From an uncultured cyanobacterium (GTDB lineage: Bacteria > Cyanobacteriota > Cyanobacteriia > Phormidesmidales > Phormidesmidaceae): a stretch of 64,000 bases of DNA. The position numbers were made by a program, and so were the translations under genes. Below the pieces are notes generated by a model. It was not told the DNA's origin. It did not search any database and was given only the letters and a program-made list of their open reading frames with translations. The DNA lies in the NCBI GenBank assembly GCA_963793265.1, contig CAWBZI010000001.1, forward strand, positions 224,001 to 288,000. Reading direction: 5' to 3'. Below are positions 1 to 8,037 of the stretch, piece by piece (positions within the stretch are counted from its first letter, which is position 1; every line of letters starts with the position of its first letter).

Positions 1-2
1 GA

Positions 3-965
3 AATGCTGAGGCCGAGTTTTTACAGGCCCAGGCCCACCACCATCGGGGCCTGCTCAAGCAACAATTAGGTAATGAGGCGGGCGCGTTAGCTGACTGGTC
101 TGAGGCGATCGCTCACTGGCCCAACTACCCCGAGCCTCACTATCAAAGGGCGCTAGTTTTCTTAGGCCAAGGACACCACAAGCAGGCACAGATTGACTTG
201 GACGCGGCGCTTGAAGGCAATCCGACCATGGCACTTGCCTATGTGCAAAGAGGAAATTTGCGCCATCAGCTAGGCGATATTCCGGGTGCGGTTTCTGATT
301 GGGAGCTGGCCGTGTGTAACGATCTTGGCTTAGAGAGCGTCAAACAAAAGCTGGCAAGCATACATCAAGCCGCCTACGATGCTAAGCTCAGCGCCGTCTT
401 AAAAGCGCCGCTGGCAGCTAAAGGTCTTACCGCAGAAGTGACTCACAGCGGATCTCAGCTCGACATTCACGTTCACCGGCAGCTAGGCACAGGCGTAAAC
501 TACTACACGCTGCCCGATCTCATTCGCGAGCATCTGGTACCGCTACATTTAGCCGACGTTAAAAAGTTTCAGCTCATCGGTCATCTAGCGGAAATTAATC
601 GACCTGAGTGGAGCCAGTCATACGATTTGTACAAAGGTCAACCCTGCCCGCCTAGCAACTGGCAAGCGGCTTTTTCTACCCTGGTCGTGTTTCCTCCCTT
701 CGGTATTCCTGCCTTCATCCAAGCGGCTCAGGTCAAAAAGCTCTACAGCCGCGGTCAGTATGTAGAGGCATTGAGTGCATCTAAGTCTGTGAAGGGGCTG
801 TGCGTAGCAGGCAGTGTCACGCTAGGATTTTGTACGCTGCTGCCATTAGGATACGTAGCCTACGATTCGATGCAAGCAGAGCCAACATTTCGAGTCGTCG
901 CCGAGCGCCTAGAACAACCCCACCGCCCCTACCAACAAATCCGCCGAAACAACCCCGACCTGTAG
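3..965 (+). CDS. TPR-repeat protein with C-terminal CD225/dispanin-like domain (5'-truncated by window)
   Basis: Frame is open from position 3 (AHHHRGLLKQQLGNEAGALADWSEAI...HYQRALVFLGQG...AYVQRGNLRHQLGD = TPR repeats). C-terminal PPSNWQAAFSTLVVFPPFGIPAFIQAAQV...GQYVEALSASKSVK matches the CD225 pattern. Confidence 0.75.
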   Translation, partial: NAEAEFLQAQAHHHRGLLKQQLGNEAGALADWSEAIAHWPNYPEPHYQRALVFLGQGHHKQAQIDLDAALEGNPTMALAYVQRGNLRHQLGDIPGAVSDWELAVCNDLGLESVKQKLASIHQAAYDAKLSAVLKAPLAAKGLTAEVTHSGSQLDIHVHRQLGTGVNYYTLPDLIREHLVPLHLADVKKFQLIGHLAEINRPEWSQSYDLYKGQPCPPSNWQAAFSTLVVFPPFGIPAFIQAAQVKKLYSRGQYVEALSASKSVKGLCVAGSVTLGFCTLLPLGYVAYDSMQAEPTFRVVAERLEQPHRPYQQIRRNNPDL

Positions 966-988
966 GGGCGTAAGGTCTTACGCCCTCC
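962..988 (+). repeat. REP-like GTAG palindrome, copy 1
   Basis: GTAG followed by GGGCGTAAG-gt-CTTACGCCC (perfect 9-bp stem). Near-identical copy at 4403-4429. Confidence 0.7.
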
Positions 989-1033
989 GGCTGAAATCCC
1001 GCCCCTTACCAAAACCACCCTCTCACCAATCTC

Positions 1034-1957
1034 TCACATCGAAAGCGACACTTCCTTAGGCAACGCCAACAAAACATCCAAAAAAGCAAAAACAGCGCGC
1101 GGCAGCACGGCATTCTCCAAAATGGCAACACCCACAACACGCTCCAAAGGCTCAGGCAAAGACTTTACCCGCACGCCCGCAGGCACCGGCTCTGCCTCCA
1201 AACGCGCCAAAACAGCCGCACCCAACCCTTTCTCTATCATATTCATCAGCGTAGAATCTTCTCTCACTTCGTAGTCGGCAGGCAGGTGATAGCCAAAGTG
1301 CGCGAGGTGCGCTCCGACCAAATCATTGTGTTGAGTAGAGCGTAAGTTCACAATCCGCGAATAGCTCACTAGCTGCTCCCAAGTCAAAGAGTTCTGTTCT
1401 TTTTCATCCACCGCTTTCTCATCAGGCGGCAGCAGTGCAACAAACTCTTCTCTAAAAATCTCCCAAGATTGAAACTCTGACGGCGTAGGCAGTAGCGTAA
1501 AGCCTAAATCGGCCTGCCCTTCTCTCAACGACTTCTCTACATCAGCATAGCGGTCATGCTCCGAGATCTCGACGGTCAGCCGGGGATGAACCCGCCGAAA
1601 CTGAGAAATAACGCCCGGCAAAATATGTGTTGCGACCGTACGAATAGCCGCTACGCGAACCCGGCCTGTCTGCAAATCTTTCGCCTGGCTAGCCGTCTGT
1701 TGAATATCGCTCAGACCGTTCAGCACCGTCTTTGCCTGCTGATAAATTTGAGTGCCGATGGGCGTAAGCACTGCGCCAACACGGTTTCTTAATAAGAGGA
1801 CAACGCCCAAATCTGACTCTAGCGTGGCGATCGCATGACTCACCGTAGACTGCGCTAACCCTAGCTGAAGCGCCGCTGCACTAAATCCGCCCTGCTCAGC
1901 GACAGCGACTAGAGCCACAAGCTGCGAAATTTTAAGCTGTTTGCCAGTCTTAACCAT
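1034..1957 (-). CDS. LysR-family transcriptional regulator
   Basis: N-terminal HTH GGFSAAALQLGLAQSTVSHAIATLESDLGVVLLLR, a substrate-binding domain, 307 aa. Divergent from a transporter. Confidence 0.95.
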   Translation of the reverse strand: MVKTGKQLKISQLVALVAVAEQGGFSAAALQLGLAQSTVSHAIATLESDLGVVLLLRNRVGAVLTPIGTQIYQQAKTVLNGLSDIQQTASQAKDLQTGRVRVAAIRTVATHILPGVISQFRRVHPRLTVEISEHDRYADVEKSLREGQADLGFTLLPTPSEFQSWEIFREEFVALLPPDEKAVDEKEQNSLTWEQLVSYSRIVNLRSTQHNDLVGAHLAHFGYHLPADYEVREDSTLMNMIEKGLGAAVLARLEAEPVPAGVRVKSLPEPLERVVGVAILENAVLPRAVFAFLDVLLALPKEVSLSM

Positions 1958-2032
1958 CGGTCTTAGCCGTTTTTAAACAGGCGATCGCACGTATTTAAAC
2001 ATCAGTAGACTCGAAATAGAGCCCATAGCACC

Positions 2033-2047
2033 ATCGACGGCATCGAT
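2033..2047. promoter_or_regulatory. Putative LysR recognition box
   Basis: ATCGA-cggca-TCGAT: palindromic T-N11-A / ATC-N9-GAT motif in the divergent lysR-nhaC-like spacer. Confidence 0.55.
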
Positions 2048-2124
2048 AATAGCTATCACAACATCACCTTGTCGAGACTAAGCTCGCTCCTTACAGTGAA
2101 GGAATTCGATCCTGCGCTCGCGCC

Positions 2125-3534
2125 TTGCACAGTATGCCAAACAACAACCTCGATCTGATTGTAGTTTTGTTATTCTCGTTTGGTCTATTAGTAACGAGCG
2201 CGCTCACAGGCACTTTCATTGCCTATCCCCTATTGGTTGCACTGATACTGTTTATGGCCGTTTTAGTGCGGCGTGGGTTTGCAGTGCGATCGCTTCTCAA
2301 AATGGGGTTCATCGGTGCCCAACAGGCGCTACCTGTTGTAAAAGTGCTCTTACTAATTGGCATAGTCACGGCAATTTGGATGGCCTCGGGCACGGTACCA
2401 GCACTGGTTTACTACGGCACAGGCTTAATTTCGCCTCGTTTTTTCATTTTATGGGCCTTTGTTCTCACAGGTCTGCTTTCCACGCTCATAGGCACTTCCT
2501 TTGGCTCAGTGGCCACGCTTGGCATTGCGCTGATGGTGATGGCTCGCAGTAGCGGTGTGGATGCTAATCCTGTGGCGGGGGCAATTATTGCGGGGGCCTT
2601 CGTAGGCGATCGCTGCTCCCCGATGTCTTCTAGTGCGCACTTAGTCGCTAGCATCACCCAAACATCTCTCTACGGCAATTTGCGAAATATGATTCGCAGT
2701 AGCCTGTGGCCGATTGCGCTCTCTTTAGGCTTCTACGCAGTTCTCTCTCTTTTTCATCCTGCGCAGCTCGCCGCCAATCCTATAATGGCTGAGCTGCCCA
2801 AAGCCTTCGATCTTTCACCTGTAGTTCTACTTCCGGCGGGTGCTGTTTTACTTTTGGCCGTTTTAAGGGTAGATGTGAAGCTGGCTATGCTGGTGAGTAT
2901 TGGGCTGGGGAGTGCGATCGCCTATCACTTTCAGCACTATTCTTTCTTCAGCATTATTCAGTTCGCGCTGCTTGGCTTCCAGCTCGATAGTTCACCTGCG
3001 CTTCAAAGCATTCTCTTAGGCGGCGGGCTGATCCCTATGGCAAAAGCCACGCTCGTTGTCTTTATCTCTACCGCCTTTGCAGGCATATTTTCAGGCAGTC
3101 GCACCCTCAGCTTCATCGACCGCTGGTTTAGTCACATCCATACTCAGCGCCAGCTTAGCCGGGCCACTGTCTTTGTCTCTATTCTCTCTAATCTCTTTGG
3201 CTGCACGCAAACGATTGCCATTTTGCTTGCCGGGCAAATCATGCAGCCTCACTACAAAACGCTTTGGCCTAATCGAGATAGAGCGGCTCATAACCAACAG
3301 CTAGCGCTCGATTTAGAAGACACTGCCGTCATGATCGCGCCCCTTATTCCATGGAATATTGCCGGGCTCATTCCAGCCACCGTTCTTGCCGTTGGCCCAG
3401 GATTTATCCCCTACGCGGCCTATCTCTGGCTACTGCCACTGTTCACGTTTTTTAGAAACAGTACGCTTCAGCCTTCGCCAAAATCTCCGTCTTCAGGTCG
3501 CTCGCTGGCGTCTAAAAGAACTGTCTTAAAGTAG
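2125..3534 (+). CDS. NhaC-family Na+/H+ antiporter-like (amino acid/malate) transporter
   Basis: Polytopic membrane protein with motifs GTSFGSVATLG, AGAIIAGAFVGDRCSPMSS, LEDTA and LIPWN. Start may be the ATG at 2134. Confidence 0.85.
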   Translation: MHSMPNNNLDLIVVLLFSFGLLVTSALTGTFIAYPLLVALILFMAVLVRRGFAVRSLLKMGFIGAQQALPVVKVLLLIGIVTAIWMASGTVPALVYYGTGLISPRFFILWAFVLTGLLSTLIGTSFGSVATLGIALMVMARSSGVDANPVAGAIIAGAFVGDRCSPMSSSAHLVASITQTSLYGNLRNMIRSSLWPIALSLGFYAVLSLFHPAQLAANPIMAELPKAFDLSPVVLLPAGAVLLLAVLRVDVKLAMLVSIGLGSAIAYHFQHYSFFSIIQFALLGFQLDSSPALQSILLGGGLIPMAKATLVVFISTAFAGIFSGSRTLSFIDRWFSHIHTQRQLSRATVFVSILSNLFGCTQTIAILLAGQIMQPHYKTLWPNRDRAAHNQQLALDLEDTAVMIAPLIPWNIAGLIPATVLAVGPGFIPYAAYLWLLPLFTFFRNSTLQPSPKSPSSGRSLASKRTVLK

Positions 3535-3606
3535 AGGTGATCGCCTCGAAGTTAGGGTACGGTTAAGGTTAGAAAACTTCAATCACACAGCCAAAACACT
3601 ACTCAC

Positions 3607-4362
3607 ATGACTGACACTCAAGACAAAATGGCCGCTTCTTTTAGTCAGGCTTACCAGACCGCCGAGCAGTTAGGCGGCCTAGTGTCGGCCGTTGGCACCC
3701 AAATCTTCAACAAAGTATCGAGCGCTACTGTTGATACAACAACTCGCGTTAGCGAAGCTGCTGCCGAATCTGCGCATGTAGCGGTAGAGCAGGCAACTGA
3801 GAACGTGGGAAATACCCTGCATCCTATTGCTGAAAATCCGGCCATAGATTATGTCGCCAAGGTTCCAGGATTAGGCTGGCTCACCAGTGCATTAGGAAAG
3901 GTTGACCAGAAAAAGGTGAAAGCAGACGTTGAGAAGCTGAAAGCCAAGCATCCTAATGAAGCGGCTGAGGATTTGGCGCATCGAATTATTGTTGATACCA
4001 CGATTAGAGCAGGCGGGATTGGCCTGGCGACGAATATTATTCCGCCGATTGCTCTGGGGTTGTTTGCGGTGGATTTGGCCGCGATCGCTGCTCTCCAATC
4101 TGAAATGCTCTACCGCATCGCCGCCATCTACGACTTCAAGCCGACAGATCCTGCACGCAAAGGCGAAGCCCTAACCGTATTTGCCCTTTCACTAGGCACC
4201 TCTACTGCCGTAAAAACAGGACTCAGCGTCGTTGAGCTAATCCCCCTTGTCGGTGCCGCCGTAGGTGCTAGCAGCAACGCAGGCATTCTCTACAGCTTCG
4301 GCATCGCCGCCTCCGAATTCTACAAAAGAAAACGCGCTAAAATCAAAACACCGGCCTATTAA
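3607..4362 (+). CDS. EcsC/DUF697-like protein
   Basis: DLAAIAALQSEMLYRIAAIY and ELIPLVGAAVGASSNA are typical of this family. Confidence 0.65.
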   Translation: MTDTQDKMAASFSQAYQTAEQLGGLVSAVGTQIFNKVSSATVDTTTRVSEAAAESAHVAVEQATENVGNTLHPIAENPAIDYVAKVPGLGWLTSALGKVDQKKVKADVEKLKAKHPNEAAEDLAHRIIVDTTIRAGGIGLATNIIPPIALGLFAVDLAAIAALQSEMLYRIAAIYDFKPTDPARKGEALTVFALSLGTSTAVKTGLSVVELIPLVGAAVGASSNAGILYSFGIAASEFYKRKRAKIKTPAY

Positions 4363-4402
4363 TCCAAACCCCCATCAACATCCAGCCGCCAACCGATTCA
4401 CC

Positions 4403-4429
4403 GTAGGGGCGTAAGGCATTACGCTCTCC
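4403..4429 (+). repeat. REP-like GTAG palindrome, copy 2
   Basis: GTAGGGGCGTAAGGCATTACGCTCTCC, 24/27 identical to the copy at 962-988. Confidence 0.7.
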
Positions 4430-4702
4430 AGCCTCCACCCCAAAAAACCCTTTTTCCGTTTATAAGAATTAAATTAGAAATCCAGAAATATCAGCAAAAA
4501 TGGTTGCATTATCTATTCCCTATCGCTATGATTGCTAGCATTGGTAGACCGCCAATCACTACACACAGCCCTCTAACAGCGTTAGAGATAAGCGATGATT
4601 CACTCACTCCCCCCCATTCTGTCCGCCCATTAGAGATGGCAGCAAAGACAGTCAAACCCCTCTAGCGGCAAGCATTTCAAGAAATATTCGGGAGGCTCCA
4701 CG

Positions 4703-4756
4703 ATGGCTATAATTACTACTTACCTATTCACTGCACCGATTAAAGTACGGCGATAG
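4703..4756 (+). CDS. Candidate 17-aa leader peptide MAIITTYLFTAPIKVRR
   Basis: GGAGG at 4691-4695, 7-nt spacer, ATG 4703, TAG 4754-4756. Lies in the approximately 730-bp intergenic region before an ABC exporter. Confidence 0.55.
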   Translation: MAIITTYLFTAPIKVRR

Positions 4757-4991
4757 ATTCACGCGTCTTTTCTTAATAGGTTTCAGCAAAATCTCAAGAC
4801 ACTTTTCATCCTCAGCTTTCACAGTAGCTAGCGTGTAAGCAAACATTTTGCATTGCTAAAGTTCTAGTATCAGAGCGCAGCAATCCACTATGGCTGCCTG
4901 GGCATAGTCGCCTATTACGCTGCATCAGTACAGGTGTAAAAGCGTCTTACAAAACATTTTCAGCAGTAGAATGCTGAAATAATTTGCTGTT

Positions 4992-5036
4992 CTCCTTTAT
5001 CTGTTACTTTACAACAGATAAAGAAGAGTGCCTTTT
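4992..5036 (+). terminator. Terminator/attenuator-like hairpin in ABC transporter leader
   Basis: CTTTATCTGTT (4995-5005) / AACAGATAAAG (5013-5023) form a perfect 11-bp stem, followed by ...GCCTTTT, about 55 nt before ATG 5090. Confidence 0.5.
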
Positions 5037-5089
5037 GACTGGCCTATTAAATTTTCCTATCCATTCAATACCCTCATATCTTTAGACCC

Positions 5090-6899
5090 ATGCAAAAGTT
5101 TTTAACTATCTTGGGCTACTATCAGCGCTATTGGAGAATCACCATCTTCAGTGCCGCGATGATGAGCCTTTTTGAAGTAATAGACCTCTTCGTACCCTAC
5201 GCGACTGGGCAAATTCTCAATCTAATCTCACAGCAAACTATAGACGATAGGCTTCAACAGACCATCAACTACATTGCAGGGGTCTTCAACCAGCCAGTTA
5301 CTCAAGAATTCTCGCTGATTGTGTTAGTGGTTCTAATCGGTATTGTCACCGTGGGCCGCGCCCCGATTCAGCCCTGGCTAGGAGGATGGTTTGGCTGGGA
5401 CACCGCTTTTCGCGCGCGCCGGGAGAACGCAGAGAAAGGCGTTGAAGAAGATTCTGACACTACCGCTGGAATTTTATGACGAAAACAACCCTGGTCGGAT
5501 TGCGGCAAGGGTCGCGAAAGGGCTTTCAAACTTTACCTGGACATATCCAAGCATCACCGAGCAGCTCATTCCTAAAACGGTTCGTATTCTTGGCATCTTT
5601 GTTGTCATTAGCCTAATCGACTGGCGAATTGCAGCAATTGTGCTGGTGTCGGTCAGCGGCATTTTGCTGCAAAGCTTTTTAGGCTTAAAAGAGCTTTCAG
5701 CGCGAGAAGAAAAGCTCGATACCTACATCGAAAACACAGATAGCCGTAATTCAGAGATTATCTCTAATATCAAAACGGTGAAAGCCTTTGGCAACGAACT
5801 CACTGAGCTAAAGCGCCAAACGCAAAGGCTAGATCGCGAATTCAAGGTGCTCGACTATCGTATTCACAAGGGCTACACGATACTCAGCACGTACCAAAGA
5901 ACTTTTGTACAAAGCTGTATGTTTGTAGTTCTTGCTTCTACGCTATGGCTCACGGTTAACGGCAATATTTCTATCGGTCACTTCATCACCACGCTTACAG
6001 TAGCGAGTATGGCCTATGCCGAGGTCAATCCCATTTGCGATTTGGCTGAAATGTTTGCCAGGCGATACGCGCCGATGTCCAGGTTCCAAGAGTTCACGGC
6101 CCTACCGCCAGGCAGAGATGCAGGCGCGCTGCTGCCAGATACGCCAACCTACGAGTTCACAGGCAAAGTTCATTTTCACGGGCTTACCTTTGGCTACAAC
6201 CCTGCTGATCCAGTGCTAAAAAACATTGAGCTGCTGATTGAGCCCTATCAGACGGTGGCCTTAGTCGGGCGGTCTGGTTCAGGAAAATCTACGTTAGTGA
6301 AGCTGTTGTTGCGCTATTTTGAGCCTGATGACGGCGCGCTACTGATAGACGGCAAAGATATTCGACAACTTGACGTTACGGGCTATCGCAAGCGGCTCGC
6401 TATCGTGCATCAAGAGGTTGATATCTTTAACGGCACGCTAATGGATAATCTGTTGTACGGAAATCCTGATGCGAGCTTTGAAGAGATTGAAACAGCCTGC
6501 AAAATTGCGCAGGCCCACGATTTTATTCAACAGCTTCCAAAGGGCTATTTCACGACAGTAGGAGAGCGTGGCGTACGGCTTTCGGGTGGTCAGCGGCAGC
6601 GGATTGGGATTGCGAGAGCTTTAGTCGTAAACCCTGATGTGCTGGTGTTTGATGAGGCGACCTCTAGCCTGGATTATGAGTCTGAACGGGCGATTCAGGT
6701 GGCGATGCGATCGCTCTTTGGCACCCGAACACTCATCATCATCGCTCACCGCCTCAGCACCGTTCGCGATGCTGATAAGATTGTTGTTCTCGATCAGGGC
6801 AGCATTAGCCAAGTGGGTGCTCACGACGAGCTGATCGAAGAAGGTGGGCTTTATCGGAGGCTACATGCGCTGCAAGAAAGTGGCGAGCTGATTGATTAG
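5090..6899 (+). pseudogene. MsbA/multidrug-type ABC exporter (TMD+NBD) split by a +1 frameshift near 5435-5438
   Basis: The TMD N-terminus (5090-) reads ...FRARRENAEK, then continues in the +1 frame as ALKKILTLPLEFYDENNPGRI... to the NBD (GRSGSGKST, LSGGQRQR, LVFDEATSSLD). Could be an assembly error rather than true decay. Confidence 0.85.
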
Positions 6900-6904
6900 G
6901 GTTG

Positions 6905-6945
6905 CTGCTGTGCTCTCTAACCTAAGAAGTTAGGGAGTACAGCAG
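6905..6945 (+). terminator. Long hairpin just after the ABC exporter stop
   Basis: CTGCTGTGCTCTCTAAC / GTTAGGGAGTACAGCAG: 17-bp stem with G-U pairs. Confidence 0.6.
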
Positions 6946-7028
6946 TCTCGTACAATAATTGTGCCAAAGAGTATCTGTGTATTACACTAATAAATAGCTA
7001 AGCTCACTGGTAAACAGATGGTTGCCAA

Positions 7029-7184
7029 TGGATTGCCGACTGGCGGCTTAAGCAAATTGAAGTTTATCGGCGGCAAGCCGCTCAGCTACGGCTAGTAGAG
7101 ACACTGGTGGTTGGTGATGCGCTTACTTCACCGCTACTACCAGGATTTAACTGCCCACTCGCAGCTATTTTTCAATTGCCTTAA
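7029..7184 (+). pseudogene. C-terminal remnant of a Uma2/DUF820-family endonuclease gene
   Basis: Reads WIADWRLKQIEVYRRQAAQLRLVETLVVGDALTSPLLPGFNCPLAAIFQLP*, the typical Uma2 C-terminus. In-frame stop at 7011-7013 and no start codon. Confidence 0.75.
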
Positions 7185-7202
7185 CTAATTTACCCGATTG
7201 AT

Positions 7203-7817
7203 TTAGTTAGGTGCTCGGTATTGAATTTGGACGCGATCGCTAAACCGGCTCTCTTTTTTACGAAACGTCTCTCTTTTCACTACGCTCAGCCCAATCTCTT
7301 CAAACTGGGCCAGCTCTTTTTGCGAAAGCGGCCAGGGCGGGCCATCAGGAATATCATCAGACTCTCTGGTGTAAGTCGCTAATAGCAAAGTGCCACCCGG
7401 TTTCGGTAAAGCGGCGATTCGAGCAATGGCCTCTGTTCTGACGCTTACGGGCAGTGCTTGAACGGTGCGAAACTCAAAAACAACATCAAACGAACCAAGC
7501 CAATCAGCAGGCAGATTAAACAGATCAGCCGCGACATAGTGAACTGAAGAGTTAGGGAAGCGCTCTTTGGCCCAGGCGATCGCACTTTGCGAAACATCAA
7601 AAGCCGTCACCTCAAATCCCGCCTTTGCCAGCGCCTCGGCGTCATCACCCAAACCGCAGCCGACGACAACAGCCGATTTCCCGGTGCCATCGACACTGTT
7701 TTGACTAAGCCAATTAGTGAGGTAGGGCACCGGGCCTGATAGCGCCCAAGGTACCTGGGAGGTATCACCCGAAGCCTTTGCATAAAGCGGCTCAAACCAA
7801 TCGTATGTGTCTTCCAT
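7203..7817 (-). CDS. Class I SAM-dependent methyltransferase (TPMT/thiol methyltransferase-like)
   Basis: VVGCGLGDDAEAL...VTAFDVSQSAI, and GPPWPLS. Confidence 0.85.
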   Translation of the reverse strand: MEDTYDWFEPLYAKASGDTSQVPWALSGPVPYLTNWLSQNSVDGTGKSAVVVGCGLGDDAEALAKAGFEVTAFDVSQSAIAWAKERFPNSSVHYVAADLFNLPADWLGSFDVVFEFRTVQALPVSVRTEAIARIAALPKPGGTLLLATYTRESDDIPDGPPWPLSQKELAQFEEIGLSVVKRETFRKKESRFSDRVQIQYRAPN

Positions 7818-8037
7818 AATACGCAGCTATCAACAAGACTTATTGTAGCGCCGTTCAAGCTACCTTCTCGAACTCATCAGATCTACGGAAGGTTTTCAGT
7901 TTTTTGGAACTATCAAACCTCTCCTTCAGTGTCATCTCTGAAAAAGGAAGAGAATTAAACAACAACATATCTCCGGGTACAAGAAAGTTATTGAGAATAA
8001 GTAATAGACCGCACATCGAAGCACGTCTATACATTTT

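Noticed and set aside
4935..4951. TGTA...TACA as an NtcA site
   Set aside because: Spacing is GTA-N9-TAC, not the canonical N8.
5090..6899. ABC transporter as the HlyB-type exporter for the RTX proteins
   Set aside because: No C39-like domain and no adjacent HlyD/TolC; it resembles MsbA/multidrug exporters.
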